A DNA stretch of 24,908 nucleotides from IMG/VR virus record IMGVR_UViG_3300025769_000787, positions 1 through 24,908 of that record. The stretch is one strand, 5' to 3'. Position numbers and translations under genes: made by a program. A model generated the notes under the pieces. The model searched no databases, had not been told where the DNA came from, and was given only the letters and a program-made list of their open reading frames with translations. This stretch comes from a virus. Its lineage: Duplodnaviria; Caudoviricetes. This document shows, in pieces, positions 19,348 through 24,908 of this stretch; position 1 is the stretch's first letter, and each line of letters begins with the position of its first letter.

Positions 19348-19564
19348 TAATTATAATAGTGGTAGTGCCTACAAAGCCATGTTAAAATTGTTTAGAGACG
19401 CAAAGATGGAAGAGAAAAAAATAACAAAGTGTTTACGATGCAATAACACTAGAGAAATTATAGTTTGGAGTGACACCTCTCAAACTAAAAAGATAAAAAC
19501 ATCCTGTCCAATGTGTGATCCACAACGGCCACCGCAAGAACTAAGAGATTTAGGTATTATTTAA
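19340..19564 (+). CDS. Small zinc-finger protein
   Basis: CLRC and CPMC pairs; GGGGAG upstream; overlaps the polA stop. Confidence 0.7.
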   Translation: MSDNYNSGSAYKAMLKLFRDAKMEEKKITKCLRCNNTREIIVWSDTSQTKKIKTSCPMCDPQRPPQELRDLGII

Positions 19565-19743
19565 TCTTCGGTTTTCTTTTGGGTAAGGTCGTTTGCTCTT
19601 TTATATTTTGGCCATTTACAATTGTAGGTTTTGAGTCCTGTTTCAGTAAGAATTTTAATAATGTGGCCTCGTTCGGTTGATTCAACATAGTGCCGAATAT
19701 AGTTAGGAATATCAGCATAAGAGTCTCCTTTTTTTTGAGGCAT
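19561..19743 (-). CDS. Hypothetical 60-aa protein
   Basis: AAGGGG upstream of ATG; stop overlaps the convergent gene's stop (TTAA 19561-19564). Confidence 0.65.
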   Translation of the reverse strand: MPQKKGDSYADIPNYIRHYVESTERGHIIKILTETGLKTYNCKWPKYKRANDLTQKKTED

Positions 19744-19793
19744 AGATACCCCTTGGTATAAACGATTTTTGATTAGGTTGCTAGTCTTTTTTT

Positions 19794-19979
19794 CTAGCTG
19801 TTATCTAAAAGACCTGCAGATGCATCAACAACACTTTGTTCGTTGATTCTTTTCTTCAGATCTTTAATTTTAATATCGATCCACTTCATATCAGTAGTTA
19901 CTCTACCTTGTTGTAACGCCTGACCCGCCCACTTGGACTCCAACTGAAGTTTCTCCGATATTAACTTCTGTAGTGCCAT
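19794..19979 (-). CDS. Hypothetical 61-aa coiled-coil protein
   Basis: GAGGAG RBS upstream; amphipathic helical pattern. Confidence 0.75.
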   Translation of the reverse strand: MALQKLISEKLQLESKWAGQALQQGRVTTDMKWIDIKIKDLKKRINEQSVVDASAGLLDNS

Positions 19980-20163
19980 CTTTTAGCTCCTCATATGAGA
20001 CAAAGACTTTTTGTTTGTTATAAAAGTCCTCATCTTGTGCTGCGATCTCACCATTGTTCAGCTTCAATTTAAACTGTTGCAAGGCCTCAGCATCATTGTT
20101 AGCTTTAATTATCCCATCATAATACTTTCCTTCTGATCGTATCTGAACGCGATAACTTTTCAT
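19903..20163 (-). CDS. Hypothetical 86-aa protein, probably leaderless
   Basis: MKSYRVQIRSEG; TATAAT lies 5 nt before the ATG. Confidence 0.7.
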   Translation of the reverse strand: MKSYRVQIRSEGKYYDGIIKANNDAEALQQFKLKLNNGEIAAQDEDFYNKQKVFVSYEELKDGTTEVNIGETSVGVQVGGSGVTTR

Positions 20164-20168
20164 AAGAT

Positions 20169-20198
20169 ATTATATAACAAATTGTGGCAAGAATACAA
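20169..20198 (-). promoter_or_regulatory. Sigma70-like leftward promoter
   Basis: Minus strand TTGTAT (20193-20198), 18-bp spacer, TATAAT (20169-20174). Confidence 0.6.
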
Positions 20199-20200
20199 CC

Positions 20201-20413
20201 CTATGCACCTATGAGCTGTTGACAGGTATATTTTGTGGCTAATCTATTAGCTTCTACCATTCTCTCAGGCAGAGCTTCTAAAAGTATATGAGATTCTTTT
20301 TGAGCGGCTTGTACACATTCTTTCCAAGTAGAAAATTGCAACTGAACATCCAGTCCTTTAGTGCACGTAAAATCGATAAAAGAACAAATATATATAGTTA
20401 AAATAAATTTCAT
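20201..20413 (-). CDS. 70-aa Cys-containing exported/membrane-anchored protein; start revised to 20413
   Basis: GGAG RBS before MKFILTIYICSF; four Cys; revised start removes the overlap with the + strand gene at 20484. Confidence 0.7.
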   Translation of the reverse strand: MKFILTIYICSFIDFTCTKGLDVQLQFSTWKECVQAAQKESHILLEALPERMVEANRLATKYTCQQLIGA

Positions 20414-20483
20414 AATCTCCCATTTAATCCTTGCATTTAATATTAAAGTAGGTATAAATTCAAGGTAACAATAGGAGTATAAC
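20414..20483. promoter_or_regulatory. Divergent control region of the small-gene cluster
   Basis: + strand TTGCAT 20431-20436 and TATAAA 20453-20458; 12-bp palindrome TTTAATATTAAA 20436-20447 between them; AGGAG before ATG 20484. Confidence 0.55.
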
Positions 20484-20795
20484 ATGGACGACAATGATAA
20501 AAAACCTAGCTTAGTCAAAGATGTCATAGACAATTTTGATGCAGCTACAACAAACGTAAAAGAGGTCAATTTTAAAAATGACCCAACGGATATCATACAA
20601 ACTATAGGTGCAGAAACAGAAGCTGTACTTATAACTTTTGATAAAAATCGTGGAGAAATTAAACTTTATCATAATGGTGTTGAATTAGATAAAGCTGTAT
20701 TTGCTAAACAGTTTAGAGCAAATGTAAGTTTTTATTCTTTATTTGATATTATATTAGATAAGTTTGAAGATTGGAGAACAGCATGGATGAACTAA
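20484..20795 (+). CDS. Hypothetical acidic protein, 103 aa
   Basis: AGGAG RBS; first gene of the rightward cluster. Confidence 0.75.
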   Translation: MDDNDKKPSLVKDVIDNFDAATTNVKEVNFKNDPTDIIQTIGAETEAVLITFDKNRGEIKLYHNGVELDKAVFAKQFRANVSFYSLFDIILDKFEDWRTAWMN

Positions 20796-21076
20796 AACTT
20801 AAATCAAGCTCACACCTCTTCAAAAAATGGGTTTTACAAATGGATGAAATCCTAAGCAAAACACATACACACGATCAAACAGGTGCAGCCACAAGTGATG
20901 ACTCAGAACACTTTAAAGATCAAAGAGAACGATTGGCATCAACAAAAGTAGATGTGTATGTTGCCCCTGTATATCCTGTCAATCAATGGTTAGCTACAGA
21001 TTTAGTTAGAGATGAGATTGAATGTAGAACTTATGAGCAGGATCTAGAGAAAGCATCGGGAGATAACCACCGATGA
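20786..21076 (+). CDS. Hypothetical protein (likely start ATG 20786, MDELKLK)
   Basis: In frame with track ORF 20771; GGAG upstream; ATGA overlap with next ORF. Confidence 0.65.
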   Translation, partial: DELKLKSSSHLFKKWVLQMDEILSKTHTHDQTGAATSDDSEHFKDQRERLASTKVDVYVAPVYPVNQWLATDLVRDEIECRTYEQDLEKASGDNHR

Positions 21077-21180
21077 TGAAACAATTTGGTTATTTTGTAT
21101 TAATGGGACTCTGTATAGCCTTACCACCAAAAATATTTTTATTTTTGATTGGTTTATTGGTGTATGGAATTCTTTACTAG
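21073..21180 (+). CDS. 35-aa hydrophobic membrane micropeptide (not in ORF track)
   Basis: MMKQFGYFVLMGLCIALPPKIFLFLIGLLVYGILY; ATGA coupling; fills the gap before the lipoprotein gene. Confidence 0.7.
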   Translation: MMKQFGYFVLMGLCIALPPKIFLFLIGLLVYGILY

Positions 21181-21187
21181 GAGAAAA

Positions 21188-21352
21188 ATGAAAACAATAA
21201 TGATAATATTTGTAGCAGCAATCTTAACAGGTTGTTCTACATATTCAGTTAAGTTAGGTAAAAAATGTACACCATATAGCACCGAGTGGTCTTATGTGTG
21301 GTTCATTGAAAAAGGGAGCGAAGACAATGTCACAAAAGCAAACTGCAGTTGA
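21188..21352 (+). CDS. Small lipoprotein; start revised to 21188
   Basis: AGGAG RBS; MKTIMIIFVAAILTG-C signal peptide with lipobox LTGC; two further Cys. Confidence 0.85.
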   Translation: MKTIMIIFVAAILTGCSTYSVKLGKKCTPYSTEWSYVWFIEKGSEDNVTKANCS

Positions 21353-21518
21353 TTGGGTAAGTAGAAGAGTTAGTGCAATTAATAGAGTTTTAAAAAGTAA
21401 AGGAAATCATAGATCTTTTCATGAACATTTTATTGATGAACACTGGAGACTCATGAACACTAAATGTAAAACAAAGAAGGAGTATAAAATATGGACACGA
21501 GCAAATGGAAAAGTGTAG
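21327..21518 (+). CDS. Hypothetical basic protein; start revised to 21327
   Basis: GGGAG upstream of MSQKQTAVDWVSRR. Confidence 0.65.
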   Translation: MSQKQTAVDWVSRRVSAINRVLKSKGNHRSFHEHFIDEHWRLMNTKCKTKKEYKIWTRANGKV

Positions 21519-21706
21519 CTGTAGACATAGAGACCTATAAGATAGTAACAGCTATGGGTGCAAAAGGTTTTAGAAGACCTGGGGCAATGATTGCAAAATT
21601 AGCAGACTCCGAACTTAAGATAATAGCTAAAAAGACTGGTAAATCAGTAGAAAAGCTTAAGGCAGAGCTGTTGGCCCAAGGCGAAAAAAAATTAAACGGC
21701 AAATAA
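21491..21706 (+). CDS. Ribbon-helix-helix-like DNA-binding regulator
   Basis: AAGGAG RBS; KWKSVAVD strand followed by two helices (ETYKIVTAMG / RPGAMIAKLAD). Confidence 0.65.
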   Translation: MDTSKWKSVAVDIETYKIVTAMGAKGFRRPGAMIAKLADSELKIIAKKTGKSVEKLKAELLAQGEKKLNGK

Positions 21707-21714
21707 CTACATAT

Positions 21715-21760
21715 TGGGTGGTAGACACAAATTAATACTTGATCTTGTGTCTACCATTTG
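21715..21760 (+). repeat. Long inverted repeat/hairpin after the RHH gene
   Basis: Perfect 12-bp arms TGGTAGACACAA 21719-21730 / TTGTGTCTACCA 21745-21756, extendable by four G-U pairs. Confidence 0.85.
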
Positions 21761-21870
21761 TTAAACAAAGATGTATTCCTCATAACCTAATGAAAAGTAG
21801 AGGTTTCTAACTACTTAAATTACCGAACAGCGAACAAACCTTTTTTTATTAATAATTTAAGGAGATTGTT

Positions 21871-22119
21871 TTGGCAGAAATAAAGCGAAAACCATTAAGT
21901 GATGTGTTTGATCAGGGTTTAGAAAAGTTAGTGATGATAAGTCCTAACAAAAAAACCTATGATGAACTAACATCTATAATGTTTCAGCTTTACAATGGTA
22001 ATGATTTTGGAATGGGGAACTTTAGTTTACAGTTTTTAGATAAAACTGACAGAGCTTGGCGACAAGGACGAAAACAAACTGCAAAAAGGTTGGGATTGTC
22101 CTTAGTTAAGAATGTGTAG
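21871..22119 (+). CDS. Hypothetical 82-aa protein (TTG start)
   Basis: AAGGAG RBS just upstream of the TTG. Confidence 0.75.
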   Translation: MAEIKRKPLSDVFDQGLEKLVMISPNKKTYDELTSIMFQLYNGNDFGMGNFSLQFLDKTDRAWRQGRKQTAKRLGLSLVKNV

Positions 22120-22171
22120 CCACCAGTTACTATATCCATATCATTGTCTTTCCAAAACTGGTGGTTATGCA
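22113..22171 (+). promoter_or_regulatory. Large-loop RNA hairpin covering the RBS of the next gene
   Basis: TGTGTAGCCACCAGTT 22113-22128 pairs with AACTGGTGGTTATGCA 22156-22171 (16 bp, 3 G-U); 27-nt loop. Confidence 0.65.
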
Positions 22172-22172
22172 G

Positions 22173-22361
22173 ATGAGTATATTTGATCGTGTAAGAGATG
22201 CTGGCTTACAAGATGTAAGAGACATGAGTGGATTAGAACGCACTGAATTCATGAATGATATTTTCTTAGACTACCAGGCAAGTAAAGATCTCCGACAAAA
22301 GAAAATGGAGACTTTTTATCTTGAGTTACTCAAACAACTTATTAAAGATTATGGGCACTAA
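22173..22361 (+). CDS. Hypothetical protein (start 22173 or 22167)
   Basis: GGTGG 8 nt upstream of ATG 22173; overlaps next start. Confidence 0.65.
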   Translation: MSIFDRVRDAGLQDVRDMSGLERTEFMNDIFLDYQASKDLRQKKMETFYLELLKQLIKDYGH

Positions 22362-22758
22362 TATTGCGACAGAAATATTAAAAACCCCTGATACATCACA
22401 GCATAGACTTTACCAAGCTGTAGTGATTCAAGCGTTTGAGGATTGCTTATACACTTTAGGTGGTAAGAACGAGGCTTATAATAAAAAAGAAGCTCATGAG
22501 TGGTTTTTAAGTAATAGTAATGATTTTAAAACTATATGTGATTTAGCCAATTTAGACGCTGACCATGTACATGAAAGATATAAATGGTGCCTGAAAAATA
22601 AGGTGATTATTTTTACTGAAATTCAATGTTATTGGATAGAATATAAAAACGAATATAAAAAATATCGAGGAGTAGATACGAAAGAAGAAAGACGTACTAT
22701 TAAGGAAAGAATCGATCAGATTCGTTATAAATTAAACTTAAAAGATAAGAAGAAATGA
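22351..22758 (+). CDS. Helical phage protein, possible regulator; start revised to 22351
   Basis: RLYQAVVIQAFED...EAHEWF...DFKTICDLANLD resembles a common uncharacterised phage family. Confidence 0.65.
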   Translation: MGTNIATEILKTPDTSQHRLYQAVVIQAFEDCLYTLGGKNEAYNKKEAHEWFLSNSNDFKTICDLANLDADHVHERYKWCLKNKVIIFTEIQCYWIEYKNEYKKYRGVDTKEERRTIKERIDQIRYKLNLKDKKK

Positions 22759-22970
22759 AAGAAATTGTAATTAGCCTATTAATATTAGTATCTAGTGGAG
22801 ATATAAAAACCCATGATATAACTATTTACGAGAGCTGCTACACGTGGTATGAAAAGAATGTAAAAATGACTGTAAAAAAAACACCACTGTTCGGACAGAG
22901 ATCTTTTCATTATTATGATAAAAAAAGGGTGGTAGGATTTATCTGTAACTATAAGGAACCTTTTGAATGA
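22755..22970 (+). CDS. Small signal-anchored protein with two Cys
   Basis: MKEIVISLLILVSSG N-terminus; ATGA coupling at both ends. Confidence 0.7.
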   Translation: MKEIVISLLILVSSGDIKTHDITIYESCYTWYEKNVKMTVKKTPLFGQRSFHYYDKKRVVGFICNYKEPFE

Positions 22971-23086
22971 GCATTAGAAAAGAACTTTGTACGATGTTTA
23001 GAATAAACTGGGCTAGAACCGTTTATTTTGCATTGTCCGTGTTTTGGGGATTTTTATTATATGGCACGTACAGCACTTTCCTTTAA
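22967..23086 (+). CDS. 39-aa membrane micropeptide (not in ORF track)
   Basis: MSIRKELCTMFRINWARTVYFALSVFWGFLLYGTYSTFL; AAGGA upstream; ATGA overlap. Confidence 0.65.
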   Translation: MSIRKELCTMFRINWARTVYFALSVFWGFLLYGTYSTFL

Positions 23087-23216
23087 AATAGATGAAGCTA
23101 GCAGGAGTTACTGGCAAACTAAAGATCCTAAATTTAAGAAGGAATGGTATAGGTTAATTAATTTGTTTCATAAAATTAGCCGAAAAAAACCCAGCCCCAT
23201 AAAGCTACGCAGCTAA
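23061..23216 (+). CDS. Hypothetical 51-aa basic protein; start revised to 23061
   Basis: MARTALSFKIDEASRSYWQTKDPKFKKEWY; GGGGA upstream. Confidence 0.65.
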   Translation: MARTALSFKIDEASRSYWQTKDPKFKKEWYRLINLFHKISRKKPSPIKLRS

Positions 23217-23250
23217 AAAACATCAATAAGAAAAATTTTGTATCAGACAT
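23176..23250 (-). CDS. Candidate 24-aa hydrophobic peptide (not in ORF track)
   Basis: ATG 23250 to TAA 23176: MSDTKFFLLMFFSCVALWGWVFFG; directly after a long minus-strand hairpin; no clear SD. Confidence 0.4.
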   Translation of the reverse strand: MSDTKFFLLMFFSCVALWGWVFFG

Positions 23251-23256
23251 AATTTG

Positions 23257-23315
23257 TACGGGGTTACCTAGCTTAAAACAACTCTGGGAAAAAATGCCAA
23301 AAGGGTAACCCCATA
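23257..23315 (-). promoter_or_regulatory. Long irregular RNA hairpin (putative leader of the 24-aa ORF, or an sRNA)
   Basis: GGGGTTACC 23260-23268 / GGTAACCCC 23304-23312 perfect arms; G-U extensions work only on the minus strand. Confidence 0.55.
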
Positions 23316-23354
23316 GGTATTATGTATATAGTATAAATGGATAACGGACAACGG

Positions 23355-23387
23355 AAAAAGGCCGCTTCAGTCTCCCTACACGGCCTT
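23355..23387 (-). terminator. Intrinsic terminator, minus strand
   Basis: GGCCG...UAG-GGAGA-CUG...CGGCC stem followed by UUUUU (A-tract 23355-23359 on +). Confidence 0.6.
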
Positions 23388-23406
23388 GAGATATTATATA
23401 TAAACA
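23355..23406 (-). ncRNA. Candidate ~50-nt small RNA
   Basis: Bounded by a near-consensus promoter and a terminator, with no ATG-initiated ORF between them. Confidence 0.45.
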
Positions 23407-23411
23407 CCAGA

Positions 23412-23439
23412 ATTATATCATTGTCTGGTTGAAAATCAA
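23412..23439 (-). promoter_or_regulatory. Extended -10 sigma70 promoter, minus strand
   Basis: TTGATT (23434-23439), 16-bp spacer, TGa-TATAAT (-10 at 23412-23417); flanked by inverted repeat ACCAGA 23406-23411 / TCTGGT 23424-23429. Confidence 0.65.
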
Positions 23440-23500
23440 ACAAATGCGGGTATTAGATTATTAGGGGGTAATGCATAATGAGTTAGTAATACAACCTAGA

Positions 23501-23558
23501 TGTGTAGGGGTTTAATTTTCTACTATATAGATTATCTAGACCCCTATGCACTTTTTTT
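23501..23558 (+). terminator. Large-loop hairpin plus U-tract
   Basis: TGTGTAGGGGTTTA 23501-23514 / TAGACCCCTATGCA 23537-23550 (14 bp, 3 G-U), then C and seven T. Confidence 0.55.
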
Positions 23559-23574
23559 AATCACGACCCTAAAG

Positions 23575-23680
23575 TGGTGTATCTGGTGTATCTGATGATT
23601 ATTATTGTTGTATATCAACACTTCTAGACGATTTAGTGGTGTATCTGATGGTGTATCCGTGGTGTATCTAGATACACCAC
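23575..23680. repeat. Iteron-like array with terminal palindrome, putative replication origin
   Basis: TGGTGTATC at 23575, 23584, 23637, 23649, 23660 and inverted at 23671; perfect 22-bp palindrome 23659-23680; TGTTG/CAACA inverted repeat 23606-23620. Confidence 0.85.
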
Positions 23681-23764
23681 AATATCAATATTTCCTTGCG
23701 TAGTGTAAAAATGTTGATTTGGGTATAGTAGTCGGGGGTTAAAATAATCTATATAATAGAATTT

Positions 23765-24124
23765 ATGGTAGTAAGAACATTAATAAAAGCTGGGATATCT
23801 TATAGCAAGAAAAAAGCCCGTGAGAAGGCTGCGAGAAAGGCCGTAAAAAGCTTAGATAGATACAATATTCACGTAAGTGGGAAAAGCTCTAAAGGCCCTG
23901 TTCCTATAAAAAGTCAATCACTTCAAAAAAGCACTTTAAGTGGCAGGACTTACTCAATTAGTAGTGATAAACTTAGCACAAAGACAATGCTTGATATAGG
24001 CGGTGGATATGGGACTACATCTACAGCAAGATTTCAAGATAATGTTAGAGACTTGATTGGTTTAGATAGTACAAGTATAAAGAAAGCTCAAAGAAAGCTG
24101 TTCAAAAGAAAGAAAAAGAGATGA
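23765..24124 (+). CDS. Highly basic protein, probably leaderless
   Basis: 119 aa, K/R/S-rich, ends FKRKKKR; TATAAT 23752-23757 lies 7 nt before the ATG. Confidence 0.7.
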   Translation: MVVRTLIKAGISYSKKKAREKAARKAVKSLDRYNIHVSGKSSKGPVPIKSQSLQKSTLSGRTYSISSDKLSTKTMLDIGGGYGTTSTARFQDNVRDLIGLDSTSIKKAQRKLFKRKKKR

Positions 24125-24357
24125 AAGCAGGTAGATTTTTAATTGGCGGATTACTAAGGTTAGGTGCTAAACAAGTTTATAAAAAACACAGAGCTAGTGG
24201 TGGTAGAAATATACCAGAAATAAGAGCACAACAACCTAAAGGTTTGACAAAAAAAGAAGCTCAGAAAAGATCTAAGGATGACTTAGCATTTGGTTTGAGA
24301 GCTAATACTAACATACAAAAACTTATTAATGCACTTAAGTTTAGAAAGAACAAATAA
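24121..24357 (+). CDS. Highly basic 78-aa protein
   Basis: MKAGRFLIGGLL N-terminus; ATGA and TAATG coupling. Confidence 0.75.
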   Translation: MKAGRFLIGGLLRLGAKQVYKKHRASGGRNIPEIRAQQPKGLTKKEAQKRSKDDLAFGLRANTNIQKLINALKFRKNK

Positions 24358-24743
24358 TGAAATCAGGAAAATATTTAGCAGGTGGATTAATTAAGGGAAC
24401 TGGTGGTAAAGCCATCAAAGCTTTTATGAAATCAGATTTATATAAAAGTCTTAAAGGTAATATGATGAAAAACATCAACAAAATGTATAGCTCAGGACCA
24501 GGAAATACCCCTGGTAACAAAACATTTCTCAAGGGACTAAAGAAGCTAGATGTTAAAAATCAAAAAGCAGTGATGATTGGTAAGGCCTTATCTCATGTAG
24601 GTGATGGAACTAAAAAATTACCTAGAAAAATTCAAGCATCTTTAAAAAGAGGTGCTAGAAACATTGGTAAGTACCAAAGCAAAGTACAAGATACTGCATC
24701 AGCATATCTTAAAAAGAAATTTAGTAAACAAAGAGATAACTAA
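24357..24743 (+). CDS. Highly basic 128-aa protein
   Basis: MKSGKYLAGGLI N-terminus; very few acidic residues; TAATG coupling to terS. Confidence 0.75.
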   Translation: MKSGKYLAGGLIKGTGGKAIKAFMKSDLYKSLKGNMMKNINKMYSSGPGNTPGNKTFLKGLKKLDVKNQKAVMIGKALSHVGDGTKKLPRKIQASLKRGARNIGKYQSKVQDTASAYLKKKFSKQRDN

Positions 24744-24908
24744 TGGCACTTAAAGCTAAAGCATTAAGAACAATAGATGATTTGACTCCAAAGCAAAGAA
24801 AGTTTGTAGATATTCTTGTAGCTAATTGGGGTGAGATTACAAAAGCAGAAGCTTGTAAAAGAGCTGGGTACCAAGCAAAAAATGATAAGAACTTCTCCGA
24901 CATAGGTA
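24743..24908 (+). CDS. terS: Terminase small subunit, N-terminal HTH, truncated by window edge (not in ORF track)
   Basis: MALKAKALRTIDDLTPKQRKFVDILV...TKAEACKRAGY; LTxKQxxF...AxxxAGY is the typical TerS N-terminus. Confidence 0.8.
   Translation, partial: MALKAKALRTIDDLTPKQRKFVDILVANWGEITKAEACKRAGYQAKNDKNFSDIG

Noticed and set aside
19780-19798. GCTAG/CTAGC dyad as a terminator
   Set aside because: Only 5 bp, with the T-run inside the loop rather than after the stem
20414-20596. N-terminal extension of the 20201-20596 minus ORF
   Set aside because: Overlaps the + strand gene with a strong RBS; the internal ATG at 20413 has its own GGAG
23575-23680. Possible CRISPR or mini-array
   Set aside because: Repeats are 9 bp with gaps of 0-3 bp or 44 bp and include an inverted copy; not a repeat-spacer structure
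23217-23764. tRNA or attP site in the long non-coding region
   Set aside because: No cloverleaf or T-loop consensus seen, and no integrase in the window
24341-24903. Minus-strand ORFs 24341-24532 and 24721-24903
   Set aside because: Antisense to the basic protein and to terS, which has a recognisable motif

Overview
AT-rich segment of a tailed dsDNA phage genome. Gene content and order resemble marine SAR11/Pelagibacter-type podoviruses with a Leu762 PolA (HTVC023P-like by my recall; host and group are inference). Left to right: (i) 1-11256, end of the virion module: tail/head-closure gene end, small ORFs, two glycosyltransferases, a GNAT-like protein, four Gly/Ala/Gln-rich ejection-type proteins, a small membrane protein and a PD-(D/E)XK nuclease; (ii) an inverted SNF2 helicase; (iii) 12752-19564, a replication operon: SSB-like protein, AEP primase with a PriL-like Cys cluster, UvrD helicase, DUF3310 protein, PolA and a Zn-finger ORF; (iv) 19561-23250, a divergent cluster of about 17 small ORFs, including a lipoprotein, membrane micropeptides and an RHH regulator; (v) 23217-23764, a structured, mostly non-coding region with an iteron/palindrome origin-like element, a candidate ~50-nt sRNA, a hairpin-led 24-aa hydrophobic ORF and a hairpin motif repeated at 22113; (vi) three very basic proteins and the start of terminase small subunit. 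Several plausible small genes are missing from the supplied ORF track and several starts were corrected. No tRNA, rRNA, integrase or CRISPR array was seen. All functional calls come from motifs read by eye; no searches were run.
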